This document shows, in pieces, positions 22,786-35,900 of a DNA stretch of 64,000 nucleotides (the stretch's first letter is position 1; every line of letters starts with the position of its first letter). This DNA is from Macrostomum lignano (taxonomy: Eukaryota). Position numbers and translations under genes: made by a program. The DNA lies in contig NIVC01002225.1 of NCBI GenBank assembly GCA_002269645.1, positions 1 through 64,000 on the forward strand, given 5' to 3'. Under the pieces are notes generated by a model. That model did not search any database and was not told the DNA's origin. It saw only the letters and a list, made by a program, of their open reading frames with translations.

Positions 22786-25564
22786 ATGCAAGCAAATCGA
22801 TGCCTAGTAAGGCGCTTGAAGCTGCTCAGAAGAGCTTTGCGAATAGTCGATCAAGCTGACTGCAACAACGGAGACCAGCTGGATGACGAGACGATGCTCA
22901 AACGGCACTGCGACATCCTTGACAGCTTGGTGGACGCAACCAAAGATATTTTAAACTACCAGGCTACGATTTCTGAGCACCATTGTCAGTGCGTTTTGAT
23001 GGCACTGCTGAATATTACCCGTCACAGCGTCGGCAACAGGTGCTGTCAAAATGCTGTAGTGAAGTACGCGGCCACATGCGACAGAGAAGAAGCGCAACAG
23101 AGAGAGTCTAACAGTGCAACTGCTAATGGCCTGGACTGCTCAACTGCTCTGCCGCCCATGGTAACTAGCAGAGTGCACAGTCCATTGCTCTAGCCTATTC
23201 ACCCAATCATGAACTCATTCAGGAACTCACTATCTTTGAGGAATTGAACTCACTCGTGAATCCACTCTTAAACTCACTTGTCACCAAATCACTCATTGAA
23301 CTCAAATATGCCCTTACTAATGAATTCACTGATAAATTCACCATTCAACTCACTTATGAGCTCCACTATGAACTCAAATCTAGCAAGAACAAGTAAATCT
23401 ACAATCCGTAAAGTAAAGTAACGTAAAGTACGTAAAGTAACGTTCATTTTTCTGAACTTACGTTAATCAACCTTCAAGCTATATATTAGGTCATTGCTCC
23501 TCATATTACGTTTTCAATGGGAGGCAAGAACCAAAGCTTTTATGGAATCCAAAAAATCGACCCTTCCAGCCCGATGCGATTCGACGGGAGCTGCCGAACA
23601 GACGAGAAGAGTGCTACATCAGGCTGGCAGACGCCGCTGGCTCATTCGCCGTCTCAGTTCAAGACTCCTCCGCCGCGGAATCCAGTTGGAAAGTCCAAGG
23701 CCACTGCCTTAAGAAGCTGGCCAAATCGAGTTACCAACTGCAAGCTGCTTGCCGTTGCAGGGCCATTGAACAAGCTGCTCGGGATGGTCGGGTTGAGGTT
23801 CTCGATCGGTACATGCGAAAGGTGCCTGCGATGGATCGAAGCTTTTTGTGCACATGCTTGATTGAGGAGCTGGCACTGAGCGGCAAAGTGGACGCTCTGA
23901 GAACCCTGGCCATGGCAATGCGTGAAACGGACAGCAGAAACTGGTGCTGCTTTCGGATGGCAGCCAATGCCGCTCTTGCTGGACGTCTCGAAGCTTCCGT
24001 TCTGCTGCTTCAGAGCATCACCTTTGGCGACAAGTTGAGGAAAAAGTGCTGCAAGAGGCTGGTGCTCATTGCAGAGGAACAGCATCAGTTGGAAGAGCTT
24101 TTTTGGCTGCTTAAAAACACAAGCGCGTAAGCAATGTTAAAGTTCTGGATAACGCTTGTGGCTGTACCGGGACTATTTAGAAAGGCACTACCGACATTGG
24201 AGCAGTTTAAAAAAAAACTGTAGACATTGGAAATATTTTAAAACACTACGGATACTGGGTTCATTTTAGAAAGGCACTGCAGACCCTTTAGAAAGACACT
24301 TCAGACATCAGGACCCTTTAGAGAGACACTGCAGACACTGGGACCCTTTAGGAAGACACTACAGACATTAAGACCTTTTAGAAAGGCACTACAGACATTA
24401 GGACCCTTTACGAGGACACTGTAGACGTTGGGACCCTTTTTGAAGACACTGCAGACATTGGGACCCTATCGAAAGACACTACAGACATTAAGATCTTTTA
24501 GAAAGGCACTACAGACATTAGGACCCTTTATGAAGACACCGCAGTCATTGGGACCCTTTATGAAGACACTGCAGACAGTGATTATTTGGAAAGCCACAAT
24601 AAATCATTGTGATGTAACCGCCCTTGTCGCCTGTCCGCTCCGTAGAGAGACGAACGCATGACTAGAGGGGTATAAGACCGTAGGCTGCCTATGACCGGGC
24701 AATGACCTGACGGACCTCCAGCACCAGACTGTCCCGCCCACATGATTAATAGCTTTGGTAGCGCTTTGTGACCAGAGGGCCAAGGACCCACATGGACCCC
24801 ACCTGTAGCCAAGGTGCAATAGTTGGTCACTCGGTCATGGTATGACCGAGTGGCTGCCACCACTCTATGTGACCTGGCGCACCTAGATCTTACTACCAGA
24901 CCTCTCGAGGCTAGAGTCCCGCCTGGGATGGTTACCAGGAGATTTAGGCTAACAGGGGAGACGCATGCAGCCGAGTACAGGGACTCTGCTTGGGGAATGA
25001 TCGGGAACTCTGGGCTCAATCTGGAGGATTTCTCAGCAGGGGATCCTTTGTGGCTGTGAGCGAGGCTGACTTGCGACTTTGATTACTAAGAGTAGTATGA
25101 GACAAACATGTGCTGTCTCTAGTTTAGATTGCTCAGGGCGAAGGGACGCGTCAGCATGGGGTTGCAACCTTCCTACTGCCATTCTGTGCCAAGACTCGCT
25201 AATCCCTCTACTGCACGCACACACGGCCCCGAAGCACGCACTCACAGGCGGGCTTTGCACGGGGAGAGGCCAATTAGTTTACCCAACTTCCTTATGCTTT
25301 GCCATCCCGGGAGAAAGGCTTAGCAAGCCATGAGTGAAATGATGGTGAAAGAGTGGATAATGATGAGGTTAGTTAATAGTTAATAATTAGGCCCTTAGGC
25401 AAATAATCAGTCAATTAGGCGGCTTCACTATTGAGTAAAATACAGCAAAAAGTTACGGTATCACAATTGACTCAGCTCTCTAATTAAGCAATGGAAAATA
25501 GGCAAACCCCGGATAAGCAAGGGCGATTAGAGCACAAATTAGTAATAGAAACTTACCGGCAGCT

Positions 25565-25607
<43 letters not shown>

Positions 25608-28600
25608 GAGTGACCGAGGACGGCTTTAGGCTGCAGTCAGGCAGACAGTGAAGCGGCGATGCGCTGTAACTTGGCGGTATCAGACCGCGGACCGGCAGAG
25701 GTTCGTCCTATAGACGAATAGGTCAGATCAAGGTCTGACAGCAAGCCCCCAGTAGGGCGAGAAGGAACGCTTCGCCGAAGACTTTTGAGGATTCTCATGC
25801 CGAAAACCGCTTCCTTTTATAGCCTTCCCAGCCGCCGCTCCAAGGTCGTTTCCATGACTCCCTCTCTCTGATTGGCTGCCGGCAGAATGACGTCAGAATG
25901 AGTCATGATGAGAAGCATGAGACCGGCATAGCAACATGAGAAATGGGAGAATTGCGCAATCCGGAGGCGGGGTGGGGGGATAATTGGCGCAGCGGGAGGT
26001 CGCAAAAGTGTTGCGCAAGCAAACATTGAGAACAATGGGGCTGGGGTCGAGAACAAAGGAATTGGAAATCGTGGATAATTGGGGAGGATCGAGAACAATA
26101 GAAAAGCAAACATTGGAGAAAAGATGATAATTAGGTGCGAAAACGAGAACAAAAGAAAGAGAAAATCGGAGAAAATGTGATAATTGGTGGGGGTCGAGAG
26201 AACAAAAGAATCAAAAACGAGAACAATGGAAGCGGAGGTGGGGTGGGTGTCGCATGAGAAATTTGGGGAGGAGAACAATGGCGTGAGAAAAGGTTGCGCA
26301 AGAGAGGGGGATGAGTCATCAATGAGTCATCGAGGGGAAGAAGGGTCACACGACTTGCGTCACCGTTTAAGAGTTTGAGAAGGGATGGGGTGACGGTGAG
26401 CGCACAAAATACTGTAAGTAGACGCAGAGAAAGGGGGTACAGCGCAGGATGATAGTGCGAAAAGGGGCAAAAGAGGGGAGACAGGAAAAGTACATGAAGA
26501 ATAGGGCGGAGCGCAGAGGAGATAGGGTAGAGGGGGAGGTACAAAGAGGGAGGGGGAGCTCCGGAAAGGCAAGTGTGGCGGCAGGGGAGACGGAGCCAAG
26601 GCAGCAGGGGGGTGCAGCAGAGCGGGAGTCTCCAGGCCTGGTCGAAGACCTGGCCGAGTCTCAACAGCTCTGTGCAGGGGGTGCACGGCGATAGTAGGCA
26701 CTTTCGAAAAAGTTCCCCTGCCCTATCCCGCGACCAGAGCGTGGTTACATCAATTGGACCACTTTGGGAAGACACCGAGGCCAAAGAATAGACTGTACTC
26801 TGCAGATCAACTTCGCGGGCAACCCCTGGTGCTTGCAGGGTGCTCGAGCGGATCAACTGCCTGTGGATGCTGGCGGAGGCAGCCGCCAAGAACGGCTTCC
26901 TGGCGCTTCTCCCGGACGTCGCGGCGGCGGTAGCCAGCCTGACATTCAAGAGCGGCATTGTGGTCCTACTCATTCAGAAATCTGCCGCACCAACTGAGCA
27001 GCGCCTGAGAACCGCGATGAAGATTCTGCCGCAGATTAAGGATGCCGCTGAGCGGAGCCATCTCTTTCAGATTTTGGTCAGGTGCGCTGCTCGTTTTGGA
27101 AGTTGCGTCCTCATAGAAGAAACGCTGGGCCTGCTGCCAAGCGAGTCCGAGGACGGGGACTCGACAGCTGAGCCGTCGCACCGAGACGAGCTGCTGTCTG
27201 CGGCTGCAGAGGCTGCGGCCGGTGGGGGCAAACTGGAGACAGCGATCTGGGCCGCTGAGGCCATCGACAGCGAATCAGAGGCGCATCTGTGCCTGGCTGC
27301 GGCAGCTGAGGCAGCTCAGATGAGCAACCGGCTTGATGAGGCTGTCAGCCTGGCTCGGCTGATCAAGGATGCCAGCGTCAGGTGGGGTCGGGGTGTCAGA
27401 TGTAGTAAATTCTGGACGTGGAAATTGAGAACTGGGGAAGTGGGAATTGAGGATGTGGGGATAGGGGATGTGGGGGTTGGAGCTGTGGGAGTTAAGGATG
27501 TGGGAGTTCGGGGATGTGGGAGTTTGGGATGTGGGAGTTAAGGATGTGGGAGTTCGGGGATGTGGGAGTTTGGGATGTGGGAGTTCGGGGATGTAGGAGT
27601 TGAGGATGTGGGATTTGGGGATGTGGGAGTTGAGGGTGTGGGAGTTGGGGATGTGGGAATTTGGGATGTGGGAGTTGGGGATGTGGGAGTTGAGATGTGG
27701 GAGTTGGGGATGTGGGAGTTGGGTTGTGGGAGTTAAGGATGTGGGAGTTCGGGGATGTGGGAGTTTGGGATGTGGGAGTTGGGGATGTGGGAGTTGAGAT
27801 GTGGGAGTTGGGGATGTGGGAGTTGGGTTGTGGGAGTTGGGGATGTGGGAATTGGGGATGTGGGAATTGGGGAAATCCTCTACATGCTATTGAGACTTTA
27901 GAATCAAGGGATTAAGGAAAAATCAGATGCTTGGATTTTTAATTAATAATTTGCGAATTGCGAGGCTGAGCAACTTACTCTCACTACTCAAACTCAATCA
28001 ATCAGAAAGTCAGCTCAGGTCAGGGCCTACAGACGCTGTCTGCCAGAGCAGCAGGTAGCCGAGCTCAGTGAGACCGTTGTTAATCATGGCTGCTTCCTGG
28101 CGGACAATTGTATCACGAATTCAAGCCTGCTGGCTCTTGTGGCTGCTACAGTTGCCATGGGCGACCAGTTCTACCTGCAGGTCTGCAACTGCTGTGATGT
28201 CTATTAAAAGCTATCCACAATTTCATATGCATACATTTCGAAATATTAATTAGGAAATCCTGCTCAACGCAAATCAGCACCAGCTTCATCAGCTGCTGTG
28301 CTCCAGCCTCTCTCACGGTCACTCCGCCCTGGCTACCGCCATATTGCCAAGTATTCAAGATGTCAACAAAAGGCTGGATGACCAACTCTGCAGCACTCCT
28401 TTGATGCTTGCCGCCGAGCTGGGTCACTGCCACGTCATTGCCAAACTATTGGAGCGAGGAGCTGACAGAGCGGTGCGAGACACTCAGGGCTGCACAGCGC
28501 TGGACAGAGCTCGGCTGTGCGGGCGGAACCAAGCAACTTGGGTGCTGGCAGAGGAGGGGAACGTTGAATTGACATCCCCTGCTTCAACTGGGTGAGTATA

Positions 28601-31600
28601 GTGTGTCAGTGTGTCAGTTTGAGCAGTTGGTCTTTTGACTCACTGACGCAAATTAAGTCATCAAATCATCAAATCAAATAAAATTAAATTCAAGAGTTGA
28701 CTCAAAAGTTGTCAGTCAAGCTGTGCTTTTACCATTCTTGCCTTGCAGCATTCACTTTTAAAAATTCATTTCAGAACCTTTGAACAGGCAGTGCCTGAAA
28801 AGAGTCAAATGTGAGTACAATTACATCCTTTCCGCAATTAAGATTTGAATTGAACGCGAAGCTTCATAAATTAATCATTCGGCTTACCAAGATTTTCTAT
28901 ACATGGGGTAAGAGATGCTCACTACTAAAAAGCACAGTGCATGTATAGGCAATATATGCGCAGCTTAAAAAGCGATAATAAAGTTCGTCTCAACCTACCT
29001 GCAGTGACATTGACCTACACGATTCTCAGCTCAGCGAGAAGCTGCACTGGGCCCTCACGAGCTCCGGCTTCACCCAGAGCAGAGCGGCTTGTCAGCAGAG
29101 GCTGGCAGACTTACTGGAGCGGACAGCCGCTTGTCTGAGCCTCTCCAAACCCCGTCTGATCGGCAGCTTTGCTGACGGCTGGGGCTGCAGTCTGACAAGG
29201 CTGAATGCGAGGCTTTCTGATGGGTCCGGGATCGACTGGCTGACACCCGTTACGGCTGCTGCTGGCTGCCCAGGTGCGACCAAGCTGCGACTAGACTTCA
29301 CCGGAGACCCTCCCGATAAAGAGGAGGGCGCCCAGCTGCTCACTGTAGAAGATGACGCATCGGGATGTGAGTCACAGCTGACCGCAATCAGCCGTAAATC
29401 ATATCACCTATACGACTTAGTCGGTACCCAAAACTGTCAAACCATTTGTTGTCTTGCAGTTGGCCAGCAGCCTCCAGTGGCCTCAGCTCCGTGTGGTCTC
29501 AGGCCAGCTACCAGCACTACCTTGGCATTTCGCAGTCCTCAATCAGCGAGCATTCTGCTCTTGCCTGTGGTTTCCATTCGTAATGCAGCCCTAATCCACC
29601 TGCAGCAGACATTCGCTCTCGAAGAGAAGCAGCGGATGCGACAGCTGAACACAGTCCAGGGCCAGCTGTTCATTCTGCTCAAGTTCCTACTCAAAAACTA
29701 CCTGGCCGAGGTGTCGCAGTGTCCGGGACTAACGAGTCATCACGTCAAGCACCTGCTGTTCTACCTGATTGAGACTCACGGCTCGTGGAACTGGCAAATG
29801 TGGCAGCCGCACAAGCTGATAGAGCTCGCCAAAGAGGCCCTGGACTTGATGATGAAGTTCCTGGACTCGACCAGCTCAAGTGATGATGGTTGCATGCCCA
29901 GCTTCTTCAAGCCACATGTTCAGCTGCAGCTACAATGGACTGGAAGACCTGCGGATGAGGCCAAGACTCGAATTCGAGCTGAGCTGCTCAAAGCTCGGAG
30001 TGACCTCGACCCCGCAGTCAAGAAGCTGATGAGCCACCTGAAGCCTCTGGATGATGATGACAAGCTGTATTTCGACTTGTTCACTCTGCTACCTTTGACT
30101 CTGCCTCCCGATGTGCCTCATGACCGGAAATCGCAAGCTCCAGACGCTACTGAGCTCGCTGGACTTTACTGCTCAGTGGCGGCGGCTTTGCGAGCTCTGC
30201 AAGCTGCAGACGAAGTGGATGGCGAAGGAGCTCTAATGCGGCAGCTTGAAAGTTGGTACGAGTGCAGCTGGTGTCACTGCACGGTCAGGTGTTTGGCTGT
30301 GATGGCGCAGCTGAAGTACAGGAACAAAACTGCGGCGAAGGAGACGCTGAGCGAATTGGTGAGACATCAGGTGAGAAATGTGACCCGCTTTGGTGATAGG
30401 TATCACACAATTTTAGTGTTGCCGAGACTGGGGGTCAAGTAAAGTTCTCCATGACTCATTGTAGCTTCACTTATAAAGCAATCAAGCACCAATGCGATCA
30501 GCCTCCATTGCTTCGGTAGGTATGAGAGGCTTTCAGTAGAAATTTCCCAACAAGCTCAACATCCCAAGATACATATAATCACCACCGAGCTCGATCGATT
30601 GTTGCGATTGTTGGAAGGCTTCTCAGGACTCGTTCCTACTCCAGTCGCAGTGTTGACAATGATCTGATTACGGGAAAGCTTAAATGACCTCTGCTACACC
30701 GGACTTTGCTTGACCTTAAATGACCTTTGCCTTATCTGATGGTTGAACTTACGTCATTTTCGTCAAGGGAGTGGAAAACTTACCAGCTTCTAGAGGTTAA
30801 AAAATAAACTGTACTGTTGAGATTAAAATGACCTTGGAGCAGGTGCACTACAGGATGTAAACGTAAAAGCGTGTTGATAAAAAAGGTGAAAGCATGTGCT
30901 CGAGCAGAGATGTACGTCCACTGACATTTATTTTTGAAAACACTTCGTACGTTTCGGAAGCTTTTTGATAGCAGATTGTGATGAAGAAGGCCGTAACAAT
31001 CAGCTCCGTGCTACATGTAGATGTAGATATTGTTAACTGCCACGCCAAGACCAAAGATCAGAGCGGAGCGGTGGGTCTTAGGGGTGATTGTGCCTTCCGA
31101 ATAACCGAGACCAGATTCTTGGCTAGGATACTGAAGACGCAAGTCAACTTCAGAGCTAAGAGATTCAATTGGCTTGTTAAGAAGAGGGCTTTGCGATAAA
31201 CCAGGATGCCATTGCACAGGCGTTTCAGACCTCACAAGGCCACTTAGCGTACTTATTCAGTAGGACTGCAATTCAAGTTGTGACTATGGGTTCCAGACGT
31301 CAGTAAAAGGCACCGAGAATTGTTTTGGTTAAGCCAATGCAAAGACAGCAGCTAAGGGCTGTAAAGACTCAAGCATGCATGAAATCAACAAGCATTGCTC
31401 ACTTGTTAAATGCTATCATAACAATTCCAGGAGATGAGCAGCGGTTGGACGGTCGAAGACCTCAGCAAAGAGGCCATATCGGAGACTCAAAGCTGGCGAT
31501 GGCCGTTGAGCACCGATTGGGCCTGGAGGTTCTGCCTGCCCTGCGACCGGCGGCCCAGCCTGCCGTTTCTACCCAGGTTCACCGAGTCGCTGCTCACTGC

Positions 31601-31997
31601 TCGACTCTGCAGCCGCTCACCGATGCAGCGCCACCTGTACGTGAACTTCCGCTGTCTGAGCTGGAGTCTGCAAGCTGAGCTGCTGGGCGGTCGGCGCGCG
31701 GCATGCATTCGAGCCGACGACGGAGCTGCGGGCTCGAGATTCGCCAAGAGGCTGGCGCAGCAGTGGTTCCGGGAGCTGCAGGCTGAGTCTGCGGGATCGC
31801 AGCTGGACACGGAGGAGCTGGCGACGCTGGCCCACTACACTGACAGCCCGGTGCACCTCCGCTTCTGCCTGGAGCGAATGGAGGCGGTTGTTGCTAGGGA
31901 GCCACGGGTTGCCATGGACAGCTGCGACAACGAGAGGCTGGAGCGAGTCAGGAGGAAGCTGGACAGCTTTGATCGCTGCTTCCTAGCTTTTAGTTGA
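22786..31997 (+). CDS. Alpha-solenoid + ankyrin + Mab-21/cGAS-like protein, copy 2; exons 22786-23160, 23570-24126, 26839-27381, 28006-28180, 28254-28591, 29005-29366, 29460-30370, 31431-31997 (~1275 aa)
   Basis: Same eight-exon structure and intron phases as copy 1; exon 4 is 175 nt in both. Total 3828 nt. Exons 5-7 are near-identical to copy 1 at offset 8828 bp. Confidence 0.75.
24170..24580. repeat. Degenerate ~30-bp tandem repeat in copy 2 intron 2
   Basis: Recurrent ggaccctttagaaagacactgcagacatt variants. Confidence 0.8.
24610..26752 (-). mobile_element. Putative solo LTR (~2.1 kb) in intron 2 of cGLR-like copy 2
   Basis: Termini TGATGTAACC...GGTTACATCA form a perfect 10-bp inverted repeat (TG...CA). 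4-bp TSD ATTG at 24606-24609 and 26753-26756. TATAAAA on the minus strand near 25820. Confidence 0.65.
27440..27872. repeat. 15-bp G-rich minisatellite (GATGTGGGAGTTGGG)n in copy 2 intron 3
   Basis: Visible tandem units. Confidence 0.9.
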
Positions 31998-32359
31998 ACT
32001 GCTTCCAGCAACACTTGATGCCACAATTGTATGTACGCTTGTAGATTCCAGATCCATGATTTTGTGTGTTCATTGTGATTAAAAATATTATTTTTTTAAT
32101 TCAAGAATGAGCTACAATAGATTAAAATGAAACTTGCCTTAGAATTTTATTTTTATAAAACGAAATTTTCAAAAAATTTTCAGCTCAAAATAAACGATAT
32201 ATTTAAAGATTAGTTGAGCTTCTATATTCAAAATCGAATGTGTTACGTGTCAGTTAGTGAATTACATGTTTTTGAACACATGAAAATATTTAAATAGAGG
32301 AGTTTAAAATTTCAGACTACCATCGCATTGTACGCGTTCGGGAAGCAGGATGATTTTTG

Positions 32360-32520
32360 TAGGGTGTGGGGTGTGATTGGTGGGGTGGGTGTGGGGTGTG
32401 CAATTGGTGGGGAGGGTGTGGTTGTGTGATTGGTGGGGTGGGTGTGGGGTGTGTGATTGGTGGGGAGGGTGTGGGGTGTGTGATTGGTGGGGCAAGGTGT
32501 GGGGTGGGGTGTGGGATTGA
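32360..32520. repeat. G/T-rich ~25-bp tandem repeat, intergenic
   Basis: gtgtgattggtggggtgggtgtggg variants. Confidence 0.75.
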
Positions 32521-32936
32521 TAGGTACGGTAGAGGTCCGATGTTTTGGTAGAAAAGGCCCGCACAGATGAGCAGGTGGTTAAAATGAAAAATAAATAAAA
32601 ACTATTGACGAATGATATATTCTCACAGTTGTTCCTTAAGCAGAATATCACTTTCAATGAAGTACACAGAGTAGTACAAAAGTACTGGTAGAAACCCATG
32701 CGTGGCAATTTCTGGTATTAAACAATTTCATACAAAAATTTGCTCCGTAAAAATGTAGGAATAAAAATTCACAGCTCAGAGATTCGAAATTCCTTATGAG
32801 TAAAAATTTAGAAACACAGGATTAATCGAAGTCTCCTAATTCATTCTGTTTCAGTAGGGAAGACAATGTGAAAATTTCATAACATGAAACCTCATTAAAC
32901 GACTTAAATCAAGTAATTAAAGTAGCGATCATGCAA

Positions 32937-35900
32937 TCACAGAGCCGTGTAATACTTCTTCTTTTTCTTCTTCTTTTGCTGCTCAGAATCTGCTCTGGGT
33001 CTGTCAGCTTCCATTGGCTTCATCTCCACAGACACCTGCAAGGAATTTAGGGATATTTATAAGAGATTTAAGGAGGAATTTTTATTATTCCAAAATGGGA
33101 TTTGATTATTCTAATAGGGGATTTGATAATTCTAATAGAGGATTTGATTATTCTAATAGAGGATTTGATTATTCTAATAGAGGATTTGATTATTCTAATA
33201 GAGGATTTGATTATTCTAATAGAGGATTTGATTATTCTAATAGAGGATTTGATTATTCTAATAGAGGATTTGATTATTCTAATAGAGGATTTGATTATTC
33301 TAATAGAGGATTTGATTATTCTAATATGGGATTTGATTATTCTAATAAGGGATTTGATTATTCTAATAGAGGATTTGATTATTCTAATAGAGGATTTGAT
33401 TATTCTAATAGAGGATTTGATTATTCTAATATGGGATTTGATTATTCTAATAGGGGATTTGATTATTCTAATAGGGGATTTGATTATTCTAATAGGGGAT
33501 TTGATTATTCTAATAGGGGATTTGATTATTCTAATAAGGGATTTGATTATTCTAATAAGGGATTTGATTATTCTAATATGGGATTTGATTATTCTAATAG
33601 GGGATTTGATTATTCTAATAGGGGATTTGATTATTCTAATAGGGGATTTGATTATTCTAATAGGGGATTTGATTATTCTAATATGGGATTTGATTACTCT
33701 AATAGCGGATTTGATTATTCTAATATGGGATTTGATTACTCTAATAGCGGATTTGATTATTCTAATATGGGACTCGAAAGTTTGATTAGGTGATCTGAAG
33801 GTTTCAATTCGAGTTTCTAATGGTAAATTTAAATATTTTGGTATTTAAAGTCCAATCGAATAGTTGGGATTTCAGAATCGAATAGGGGATTCCAGGCTCT
33901 TACCTGATTAGGTTTGACAGCCTCATCGGCGCTTCCGCCGCCTCCTTGAGCAACAAAGTTGAGCAGCTCCCTCTGGCCTGTCCGCTGGAAGTGCACGCTG
34001 ATCGGTGGCCATTCGCCGCGTTCGAGTTTTAGTTGCCGGGCCACTCGCTCGAACTCCTTGGGCTTGCTGATCAACCGGCGACCAGCCCGGTGGACGAGTC
34101 GGCTGAACCAGACGGACTCAACTAGTTGCTCAACCAGAAACGCGATCAGAAAGTTCATCAGGATGGCGCCGACAAGGACAAATTTTATTGACAGATTTGG
34201 GTTGTCTCGGGGCGCGTCCCAGGTCTGCGGGTTGCGGACAGCGGGACGGGGACTTGACCTTGAATGACCTTTGCTTCACCTGACTATGGTTGACCTTAAA
34301 TGACCCCTGCTACACCTGACAATGGTTGATCTAGTATGACCATTGCTTCACCTGACTATTGTTGACCTTGTATGACCTCCGCTATACCTATGGTTGACCT
34401 TGACCTTTGCTACACCTGACTATGGTTGACCTTAAATGACCTCTGCTACACCTGACGATGGTTGACCTTAAATGACCCCTGCTACACCTGACAATGGTTG
34501 ATCTAGTATGACCATTGCTTCACCTGACTATTGCTGACCTTGTATGACCTCCGCTATACCTATGGTTGACCTTGACCTCTGCTACACCTGACTATGGTTG
34601 ACCTTGAATGACCTCTGCTACACGTGCCTAGTAGTCCCTTGACTCCATACGACTTCGAACGCAACAACAAAAGTACACGATGTGATAAATTTAATGTAGC
34701 AAATTAATTCACCTCTAGCAAGTTTCCCAGCCAATCAGTGGGAGCGAAGATCACATAGAGATTAACACCAACTACTATAGCGATGTTGATCATGAAAGCG
34801 TCTGGAATAGCAAATATTGCACAAGAAGGATTATGATTTGAGTCTTATCTAGAAGTAATAATCGCTTTATAACTACCTTGCCTAGATAAAACTTCCTATA
34901 AGAATTATGTTATTATGGCTAAAGCTTCCCGTCAGGAATCATTGACTTCATAAGCTTCCCAAATGAAATTGATGACTTCATTTGCTTCCTCAGATGAAGA
35001 TAATCATTCCAAAAGCTTCCCATACGGAAACAATGATCCCAAAAGCTTTCCATACAGAAAAAATGATTCCAAAAGCTTCCCATACGGAAACAATGATTCT
35101 AAAAGCTTCCCATACGGAAACAATGATTCTAAAAGCTTCCCATACGGAAACAACGATTCTAAAGCTTCCCATACGGAAACAACGATCCCAAAAGCTTCCC
35201 ATACGGAAACAATGATTCCAAAAGCTTCCCATACGGAAACAACGATTCTAAAGCTTCCCATACGGAAACAACGATCCCAAAAGCTTCCCATACGGAAACA
35301 ATGATTCCAAAAGCTTCCCATACGGAAACAACGATTCTAAAGCTTCCCATACGGAAACAACGATCCCAAAAGCTTCCCATACGGAAACAATGATTCCAAA
35401 AGCTTCCCATACGGAAACAACGATTCCAAAAGCTTTCCATACGGAAACAACGATCCCAAAAGCTTCCCATACGGAAACAATGATTCCAAAAGCTTCCCAT
35501 ACGGAAACAACGATCCTAAAAGCTTCCCATACGGAAACAACGATCCCAAAAGCTTCCCATACGGAAACAACGATCCCAAAAGCTTCCCATACGGAAACAA
35601 CGATTCCAAAAGCTTCCCATACGGAAACAACGACCCCAAAAGCTTCCCATACGGAAAAATTATTCTAAAAGCTTCCCATACGGAAACAACGATCCCAAAA
35701 GCTTCACATACGGAAACAACGATTCTAAAAGCTTCACATACTGAAACAACGATCCCAAAAGCTTCACATACGGAAACAACGATCCCAAAAGCTTCACATA
35801 CGGAAACAACGATTCTAAAAGCTTCCCAAACGGAAATAATAACCGACTGACTCACAGTTGGTCAGCATGCTCCGTCTGTAAGGAGCGGACTTGGAGAACA

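Noticed and set aside
33014-33793. 259-aa (GFDYSNR)n ORF and overlapping 227-aa (IILIEDL)n ORF
   Set aside because: Product of a 21-bp minisatellite (unit divisible by 3) antisense within the last ATPase intron; alternative start codon and no unique domain.
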